Part shown: positions 25,680 to 32,000 of the stretch, piece after piece
Position numbering within the stretch: position 1 is the stretch's first letter
Layout: each line of letters begins with the position of its first letter
Origin: Candidatus Electronema aureum
GTDB lineage: Bacteria > Desulfobacterota > Desulfobulbia > Desulfobulbales > Desulfobulbaceae
Length of the DNA: 32,000 nt
NCBI GenBank assembly: GCA_004284765.1
Contig: NQJD01000022.1
Location: 8,020-40,019 of the forward strand
Direction of reading: 5' to 3'
Made by a program: the position numbers and the translations under genes
The notes under the pieces: model-generated
What the model saw: the letters and a program-made list of their open reading frames with translations, nothing else
The model's database searches: none
What the model was told of the DNA's origin: nothing

Positions 25680-26422
25680 GCTTGTGGCTCCGCTTGCCGA
25701 GTTTTGATCACCTTGGCAGGCACACCGGCTGAGACTGTGTATATACCAACGGATTTAGTCAGCACTGAACCCGCGCCAGCGATGCTGCCTCGGCCCATAG
25801 TCACGCCGCCCAGCACGGTCACGTTGCCGCCCAGCCAGATATCAGCTTCCAGTCGCACTCCGCCGTCTGTTCGGAGACCCTGCTCCCGCATAGGGATGTC
25901 TAACCGATTGGTATTGTAGCTCCCACCGCCAATAATAAAGCACTGCTGGCCGATGACGCAGTCCGACCCAATCTCTACTGGGCAGCCGTTGCAGGACTGG
26001 ATGATGGTTTGGCTATTCAGGCCGCAATTGTCGCTGATGCCGATTGTCCCGTTCTTGCAGGAAAGCATGACGTTATTGGAGAGCATCACATTGTCGCCGA
26101 TATTGATGGATATTACTGCACTTCCATGACGACCGTCAAGGATGCAACTCTCACCGATGACCACTGATTTTCCCAGCCGGATTCTGTTAGGATGCCGCAC
26201 CGTAATGCCAGCTGCGAACATGCAGCCTTTGCCACATTCTGCAAACAGGCGCGGCCAAAAAATCTGCCGCAGGAGCATCCCAGCAGCGCCGGGCAGCGGC
26301 CCCAGCATCATACACCATTCATAGTAGAGCAACGCGGCTAAGGAACGGCTGCCAACCATCACATCCTGATATTTGGCTAAAGGCGAGCCTTTGCCGGTCA
26401 CGGCTTGGTGGGTTTTTTGCAT
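25676..26422 (-). CDS. Hexapeptide-repeat (LbH) acyltransferase
   Basis: 248 aa. A hydrophobic N-terminal segment is followed by repeated [LIV]-G-x4 turns (IGDNVMLSNNVMLS, IGSDCVIGQQCFI, LGGNVTVLGGVTMG). Confidence 0.8.
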   Translation of the reverse strand: MQKTHQAVTGKGSPLAKYQDVMVGSRSLAALLYYEWCMMLGPLPGAAGMLLRQIFWPRLFAECGKGCMFAAGITVRHPNRIRLGKSVVIGESCILDGRHGSAVISINIGDNVMLSNNVMLSCKNGTIGISDNCGLNSQTIIQSCNGCPVEIGSDCVIGQQCFIIGGGSYNTNRLDIPMREQGLRTDGGVRLEADIWLGGNVTVLGGVTMGRGSIAGAGSVLTKSVGIYTVSAGVPAKVIKTRQAEPQA

Positions 26423-26512
26423 TGCTCGGATTGAGGTGAAAAGACGGAAGCTATTCTGAATAGAAACAGAGTACCCCGAGCGACTGGGCTGTGCAACTGC
26501 AAACCTTTTTTC

Positions 26513-28312
26513 TCAGTCCTCTGCCCGCAATTTGGCCAAATTCTCTGCCGCAAAGGCGATGTCCGCGTCCTGTTCCAACGCAACTTGATAATTCGTGATT
26601 GCTTCCTCGTTCCTACCCAACCGCTGGAGATTAAGCGCAAGGTTAGCGTAATCAATGGCCGAGACCGGATTAAGCTGAACGGCCCGCTGAAAGTGATACA
26701 CTGCTTGCTCGAAGCGACTGGCCTTGTAATGGCAAACTCCCAGCATGTTGTGGATATCAGGACGTTCCTCGTCACAGTTCAAGCCCTTTTCTAACACCGG
26801 CACTGCCTCCTCAAATTGTCCCAGATCGCGCAGGCAGGCACCAAGATAGGAATAGAGATAAGGCTTGTCCTCATCGTGCGGTTCCAACGTCAAGGCTGTT
26901 TCAAAACAGTACAGGGCAGGCTCAGTTAAGCCTTGGTCGTAAAGATTACGGCCTCGATAAAATTCAACATAATAAGCTCTGGGCAAATCCTGTCGCATTG
27001 CCGCTAATTTTTCCTCCAAGGCAGCTGGTTTTAACAATTCGGCAGCCAGCTTGGCGGCGAACAGGGCTGCATCGCCGGAAGCGGCCCGCTCGCGAAAATG
27101 GGCACCGGGAATGATGACGTAGGCCGCCGGAATTTGCAACTGTGGATGCGTAGTGTTTACCGCCAGTACCTCCATTTGGTTTTTATGTAAGACAGTCAAA
27201 CAGTTATGCAATTCTTGGAGCATGTCGTCCGCGCTGAGATCGGGCAGCTCACCGACGGAAACAGTTTTTCCGGGATTGACTATGTAATCAATTTCAGATA
27301 AAGTGAGCGGTTTAGGTAGGCCGGAAGCCACGTAATTGGAGCCAGTCTCAAAATCCCCGGCTAATTGCGCGACTTCGGTCAGGGCGCGGATTATTGCTTT
27401 ATCTGGCCCTGGAGTGGTACCTGCGGTATAAATTAGCTCGCTTTTTTGCGGAAAAGTAGTCGGATCCCAAGCTAATGCGCCGATAGTCGGAATTCCGGTA
27501 TCGAGTGAAAAATCGTTGACGTATAGTTTGATTCCGTTGCGTTCAAACTTATCTATTAAGGCGCGAGCAACTGGATCAGTCACTGAATTCAAATCGATAG
27601 CCGGAACGCGGAGTTTCTCTCTCGCAATCAGAGCGCAGACGTGCCGCTCCACTACTTCAGAAATGCCTTGCAAGAGAGCTTCCTCAATGGTGTTGCCCGC
27701 GCAAGGGCCGTTAAATTCGTTGATAGCATAAAACCACGAAAACGGAACCAGCACGTCTTCGTCGCGACTGAGATTTCGCGCCCACGTCCAGCGTAAGGGT
27801 AGCCCGGCCAGTAGCCGCTCCAGCAACTCCGAGCTGCGAGTGGTGTCGTGAACGGAAAGAAGCAGCTCCTTGATTGGCAGCACCGGATGCCCAGCTTCGC
27901 GCATGGCCGCATAATCGCCAATGAGGAAGTTATCCGAATTCTTAATAAATGAAAAAAAACTGAAGCGCTCGCCTAGCTCCATGCAGGCACTGGCCTTGGA
28001 TTGCTCCGGCGTAGATCCCTTACCCATTTGCTTTTTGGTGCCGATTATTTTGATCGCATCCTCGCCGCAGATACTGAAAAAAACTGGAATATCCAGCCGT
28101 CCAGTGTCAATACGCCGCACTTCCTTCAGGATATCCAGCCCGGCAGCCTTCAGTCGTTTTTGAAAGTGTTCCACAGTTTGCATCGGTGTACAGGCTTTAT
28201 CTTGGTCGTAGGTGTATCGTTTCGGGCAGTTGCGCAACCGGAGCGTACTTTTTTGCATGATATTTTGCGGGCGAAGGTTCGAGAATGGCGGATATTGAGG
28301 CATGAATAGCAA
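26513..28312 (-). CDS. ycaO: YcaO-domain protein with C-terminal TPR repeats
   Basis: 599 aa. The YcaO ATP-binding region reads GKGSTPEQSKASACMELGERFSFFSF. The C-terminal ~170 aa are canonical TPRs (AVYHFQRAVQLNPVSAIDYANLALNLQRLGRNEEAITNYQVAL). The start is uncertain, and an internal ATG at 28258 is possible. Confidence 0.8.
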   Translation of the reverse strand: MLFMPQYPPFSNLRPQNIMQKSTLRLRNCPKRYTYDQDKACTPMQTVEHFQKRLKAAGLDILKEVRRIDTGRLDIPVFFSICGEDAIKIIGTKKQMGKGSTPEQSKASACMELGERFSFFSFIKNSDNFLIGDYAAMREAGHPVLPIKELLLSVHDTTRSSELLERLLAGLPLRWTWARNLSRDEDVLVPFSWFYAINEFNGPCAGNTIEEALLQGISEVVERHVCALIAREKLRVPAIDLNSVTDPVARALIDKFERNGIKLYVNDFSLDTGIPTIGALAWDPTTFPQKSELIYTAGTTPGPDKAIIRALTEVAQLAGDFETGSNYVASGLPKPLTLSEIDYIVNPGKTVSVGELPDLSADDMLQELHNCLTVLHKNQMEVLAVNTTHPQLQIPAAYVIIPGAHFRERAASGDAALFAAKLAAELLKPAALEEKLAAMRQDLPRAYYVEFYRGRNLYDQGLTEPALYCFETALTLEPHDEDKPYLYSYLGACLRDLGQFEEAVPVLEKGLNCDEERPDIHNMLGVCHYKASRFEQAVYHFQRAVQLNPVSAIDYANLALNLQRLGRNEEAITNYQVALEQDADIAFAAENLAKLRAED

Positions 28313-28523
28313 ATTTTTGTAAGCCTGTCAATTTTGGGAATCGCGAAGTTACCATCTCCGCCTCTTTATAGCGATTTCATGTTGAATACAATATGAAAAA
28401 AGATTATATTTAAAAAGGAACTACGTGGATTATCTAGGATAATAAATAAATTCAATCTATTGCATGGAAATATACATGAGTCAATCAGTTCCAATTCTAA
28501 CTGCGTAATTTATCATTTTTAAA

Positions 28524-29384
28524 ATGATTGTTCCTAAATTATCTATAGTTACCCCTTCATTCAACCAAGGAGAATTTATAGAAGAAACTATCAAGTCGGT
28601 TCTTCAACAAAATTATAAGAATATAGAGTATATTGTTATTGATGGAGGAAGCAGTGACAACTCTGTTGATATTATAAAAAAATATGAAAACAAGTTGCAT
28701 TTCTGGATTTCAGAAAAAGATGAAGGGCATGGTCATGCTATAAACAAAGGATTTTCTCACACAAGCGGCGAGATAATGGCGTGGATAAATTCTGACGATA
28801 AGTATACGCCTTGGTCATTCAATGTTGTTGCCGAAATTTTTTCAAATTTTCCTCATGTAATGTGGATTGTTGGATTCAATTCGTGGTGGAATAGTACGGG
28901 AGCGATGACAACGGCATCAAGATGCCCAAAAAATATTTTTGATTTTTTACTTGGGAATTATGGTTGGATACAGCAAGAATCTGTTTTTTGGCGCAGAGAG
29001 CTATGGGAAAAGGCTGGGGGATATATTAATCAAAATTATAAATTAATGGTAGATGGAGAACTCTGGACTCGTTTTTTCCTTCACGAAGAACTGTATTCAG
29101 TTGATTGCATTTTAAGTGGATACAGAATGCATAATAGCAACAGAGCGAAATTATATTACTCTAATTGCTTGGAAGAAATGAATATTGCTATATCGTTAAT
29201 GAAAAGCAAATGTTCAATCAATGCAATTGATATTTATCGTAAAATTAAATTGCTTGAAAAAATAAAAAGATTCCCATTTATTTTACGTTTTTTTGATTCA
29301 TCAATACAAAAAAATGCTGGATACAAAAATATTATATTTGAAGATGGGTTATGGCGTGAAAGGATTATTCCATTTTCATTTTAA
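28524..29384 (+). CDS. Glycosyltransferase family 2
   Basis: 286 aa. LSIVTPSFNQGEFIEETIKSVLQQNYKNIEYIVIDGGSSDNS, NSDD. AT-rich. Confidence 0.85.
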   Translation: MIVPKLSIVTPSFNQGEFIEETIKSVLQQNYKNIEYIVIDGGSSDNSVDIIKKYENKLHFWISEKDEGHGHAINKGFSHTSGEIMAWINSDDKYTPWSFNVVAEIFSNFPHVMWIVGFNSWWNSTGAMTTASRCPKNIFDFLLGNYGWIQQESVFWRRELWEKAGGYINQNYKLMVDGELWTRFFLHEELYSVDCILSGYRMHNSNRAKLYYSNCLEEMNIAISLMKSKCSINAIDIYRKIKLLEKIKRFPFILRFFDSSIQKNAGYKNIIFEDGLWRERIIPFSF

Positions 29385-29438
29385 TACTAGTGATACAGGA
29401 TATCAATCTCCATTCGAGAAGGTAAAAATTCGGCGAGC

Positions 29439-30284
29439 ATGAGCGAAAATCAATGGACTCTGATCATAAAGCCAAAAACAGGCTGGTTTGATATTGATCT
29501 GAAAGAACTATGGCTATATCGTGATTTGGTTTCTATGTTTATCCAGCGTGATTTCGTCACTCAATATAAGCAAACTATTTTAGGTCCTCTCTGGTATATT
29601 ATTCAGCCGTTATTCACCACAGTTATTTTTACAATAATTTTCGGTAAAGTTGCAAAGATTTCTACAGACGCGCTTCCGCCTTTTTTATTTTATATGGCCG
29701 GCAATGTAATGTGGGGATATTTTTCTGTCAGTCTTACTTCTACTGCAAATACCTTTAGTGCCAATGCTGGTATTTTTGGTAAGGTGTATTTTCCCCGGCT
29801 GGCGGTACCGCTGGCAACAGTGCTTGTTAATTTTCTCCAATTTTTTATTCAGCTTGCTTTGTTTCTTGGCTTTTATCTGTATTTTCGACTGAAAGGTGTG
29901 CCAGTGCAGCCAACCGGCTGGTTGCTGCTTTTGCCGCTTTTAATGGTACAAATGGCATTGCTCAGTTTTGGATTGGGGATGCTATTCTCATCGATGACCA
30001 CTAAATACAAGGACATGCGATTAGTCATGGCTTTTCTCGTACAAATATGGATGTACGCAACGCCTGTGGTCTATCCCATGAGTCAGATACCAGAATGGCT
30101 CCTTTCTTGGTATGTATTGAATCCAATGGCTGCTATAGTGGAAAGTTTTCGCTATATGTTTTTTGGAGCCAGCGCAGTGCAGTTGAGCCAAATTGCTCTC
30201 AGTTGGTTGATCACGTTGCTAATCTTGTTTACTGGTGTTGTATTATTTAGTCGAATTGAAAAAACGTTCATGGATACGATCTGA
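29439..30284 (+). CDS. wzm: ABC-2 type polysaccharide/O-antigen export permease
   Basis: 281 aa, six hydrophobic helices. The N-terminal RDFVTQYKQTILGPLWYIIQP motif is typical of Wzm/TagG. Confidence 0.85.
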   Translation: MSENQWTLIIKPKTGWFDIDLKELWLYRDLVSMFIQRDFVTQYKQTILGPLWYIIQPLFTTVIFTIIFGKVAKISTDALPPFLFYMAGNVMWGYFSVSLTSTANTFSANAGIFGKVYFPRLAVPLATVLVNFLQFFIQLALFLGFYLYFRLKGVPVQPTGWLLLLPLLMVQMALLSFGLGMLFSSMTTKYKDMRLVMAFLVQIWMYATPVVYPMSQIPEWLLSWYVLNPMAAIVESFRYMFFGASAVQLSQIALSWLITLLILFTGVVLFSRIEKTFMDTI

Positions 30285-30290
30285 ATTGCA

Positions 30291-31583
30291 ATGAATGTTA
30301 TTCAGATAGAAAATTTGTCCAAAGAATACCGCCTTGGTGTCATTGGTCATGGCACCCTGACTCGCGACCTACAATCTTGGTGGGCAAAGGTGCGGGGAAA
30401 GGAAGACCCAAATAGTAAAATTGAGCCGCTGCTGGCTAGGCAGGAAAAGCAGATTCAAGGTGACAGTTTCTGGGCCTTGCAAGAGATCAATTTAGAGGTC
30501 AAACAAGGAGAGATACTTGGCATAATTGGAAGAAATGGTGCTGGAAAATCAACGTTGCTCAAGATACTTTCTCGCGTTACTGCGCCGACTAAAGGCCAGA
30601 TTAAAATCAAAGGCCGTATAGCGAGCCTACTGGAAGTAGGGACAGGTTTTCACCCTGAATTGACAGGTCGGGAAAACATTTTCATGAATGGTGCCATTCT
30701 TGGTATGTACAAGAATGAAATTAAAAACAAGCTCGATGAGATTATTGATTTTTCTGGAATAGAAAAATTTATAGATACACCGGTGAAACGATATTCATCT
30801 GGTATGTATGTTCGGTTGGCTTTTGCCGTAGCTGCGCATTTAGAATCAGAAATTTTAGTGATTGATGAAATTTTGGCTGTTGGAGATGCAGAGTTTCAAA
30901 AAAAGTGCTTAGGAAAAATGGATGATGTCGTCCATGAAGGACGTACCGTGATTGTTGTAAGTCATAACATGGGCATGATAACGCAGTTATGCCCCTCTGT
31001 TGTCTGGTTGCGTCACGGGAGAATTGAAAAAAATGGTGTAACAAAAGAAATAATAGCAGAATATTTTTCTGAATCATTCGATAATGTATCTATAGGGAAA
31101 TTTGAAATAAAACCTGATAGTAAGAAACTGTCGCAGTTGACTCAATTCTGTTTACTTGATGAACTTGAAAGGGCAGTAGAAAATTACACCTGTGACCAAA
31201 AAATAATATTAAGTTTAACATATACTGTTCGTTATAAAGTTAAAGGTCTGTATGGGTATCTACAGATTATGACGGCAGATCAAACTGTTGCGATGGTTTC
31301 AGACAGTTTTGATTCAGGAGAGAATTTTTTAGATGATCTTGATTCGGGTATATACAGGATTTTGATCCAAATACCTCCGCGTACATTAGCTCCAGGTGAT
31401 TATTATGTTTATTTAAATTTTACAAGCCCAAAATATCAAGGAGACAATATAGATAGCCCAGGTATTGTTGGACGCTTTCATCTTGATGATCCAACATCAA
31501 GGCGAGGTAACAAGAGAAGTGGTTTTTTCAGTACCTTATTGAAATGGAATGTGGATAATTTATCTGAGAATTTTTCTTCATAG
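30291..31583 (+). CDS. wzt: ABC polysaccharide export ATPase with a C-terminal glycan-binding-type extension
   Basis: 430 aa. Walker A GRNGAGKST, signature YSSGMYVRLAFA, Walker B ILVIDEILAVGD. About 170 extra C-terminal residues, as in Wzt/TagH. Confidence 0.9.
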   Translation: MNVIQIENLSKEYRLGVIGHGTLTRDLQSWWAKVRGKEDPNSKIEPLLARQEKQIQGDSFWALQEINLEVKQGEILGIIGRNGAGKSTLLKILSRVTAPTKGQIKIKGRIASLLEVGTGFHPELTGRENIFMNGAILGMYKNEIKNKLDEIIDFSGIEKFIDTPVKRYSSGMYVRLAFAVAAHLESEILVIDEILAVGDAEFQKKCLGKMDDVVHEGRTVIVVSHNMGMITQLCPSVVWLRHGRIEKNGVTKEIIAEYFSESFDNVSIGKFEIKPDSKKLSQLTQFCLLDELERAVENYTCDQKIILSLTYTVRYKVKGLYGYLQIMTADQTVAMVSDSFDSGENFLDDLDSGIYRILIQIPPRTLAPGDYYVYLNFTSPKYQGDNIDSPGIVGRFHLDDPTSRRGNKRSGFFSTLLKWNVDNLSENFSS

Positions 31584-31850
31584 TAATAACAGGAGGGTTT
31601 GTGATGCTACTAAACTAGCATTTGATTGATATGATGCGTTTCTGGATAATTTATTTCAGCAACGATTTGATTTTATTTTGAAAAATTTAAACGAATGCTC
31701 TGATATAAAATATTTGTTCCAGAAATTCCTTCAATGCGAATACTAGATATAACCCAAGTTGTGACCTATAACTCTTGAAAAATCCATGCTTCCCCGCGTA
31801 TGGTATACTTCTGCTGTCTGGCACGAATATAACCGCACACGGAGGAGAGC

Positions 31851-32000
31851 ATGGAACTCAAGATTACAACATTTTACTGTTTATGCGATGATTTTTTAAT
31901 TTCCAAGGGCTGGCGCGATGACCCGCAATGCACGATGAGCACGGCTGAGGTCATGACCGCAGCTTTGACTGCCGCCGCTTTCTTTTCCGGCAGTTATGAA
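31851..32000 (+). mobile_element. 5' end of a DDE transposase gene (IS982/IS4/IS5-superfamily-like N-terminus); truncated by the window
   Basis: GGAGGAG RBS then ATG at 31851. My translation is MELKITTFYCLCDDFLISKGWRDDPQCTMSTAEVMTAALTAAAFFSGSYE. The FCxxDDF ... S-x-AEVMT pattern is typical of these transposase N-termini (from memory). G+C rises at about 31785, which may mark the IS end. Confidence 0.45.

Noticed and set aside
28463-28507. 14-aa ORF MEIYMSQSVPILTA in the YcaO/GT2 divergent spacer as a possible RiPP precursor
   Set aside because: It is on the opposite strand to ycaO and has no RBS. It is too short and lacks a Cys/Ser/Thr-rich core or leader-like region. It most likely lies within the GT2 promoter or 5' UTR.
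31584-31790. Possible small genes or an ncRNA in the AT-rich stretch after wzt (for example 16-aa MMRFWIIYFSNDLILF)
   Set aside because: Only very short ORFs occur in any frame, with no conserved-looking structure. The stretch is more consistent with decayed sequence next to an IS insertion.

Overview
The window is a chromosomal segment of a GC-rich genome: sampled 60-nt lines in core genes give 31-44 G+C. Gene order is yceD-rpmF-plsX-fabH ... fabG-acpP-fabF-rpiB ... glyA-trmO-nrdR-ribD. From memory this resembles Geobacter/Desulfobacterota-type anaerobes; that taxonomic guess is inference only.

The window has three parts.

(1) 1-3170, minus strand. It contains a translationally coupled pair, a cNMP/CBS/DUF294 nucleotidyltransferase and a DEDDh exonuclease. 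Downstream of that pair, a structured leader with an intrinsic terminator precedes a truncated Rossmann-fold gene at the window edge.

(2) 3300-18914, plus strand. This is the ribosomal protein L32 / fatty-acid synthesis / one-carbon / riboflavin housekeeping block, with three oddities.
- The usual fabD slot is filled by an acyl-CoA dehydrogenase plus EtfB and a ferredoxin-fused EtfA, and etfA is translationally coupled to fabG.
- etfB and etfA are split by a 1.8-kb AT-rich islet. It holds a small ORF, an AbrB-PIN toxin-antitoxin pair and an AbiJ-NTD4-like gene, and a ghost copy of the etfB 3' end lies inside it.
- A lone AT-rich P-loop NTPase is wedged between rpiB and glyA.

(3) 18924-31583. 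This is a cell-envelope glycan region.
- A minus-strand array runs YcaO-TPR, hexapeptide acyltransferase, two UPF0104/MprF-flippase-like membrane proteins (one fused to a PD40 beta-propeller), a very AT-rich GT-C-like membrane protein and two GT2 enzymes.
- A divergent AT-rich block encodes GT2-Wzm-Wzt.
- The start of a DDE transposase lies at the right edge.

No rRNA, tRNA or CRISPR array was seen. The candidates most worth follow-up are the orphan NTPase, the islet inside etfBA, the Acd/Etf module inside the fab operon, the NTase-exonuclease pair and the YcaO-headed envelope array.
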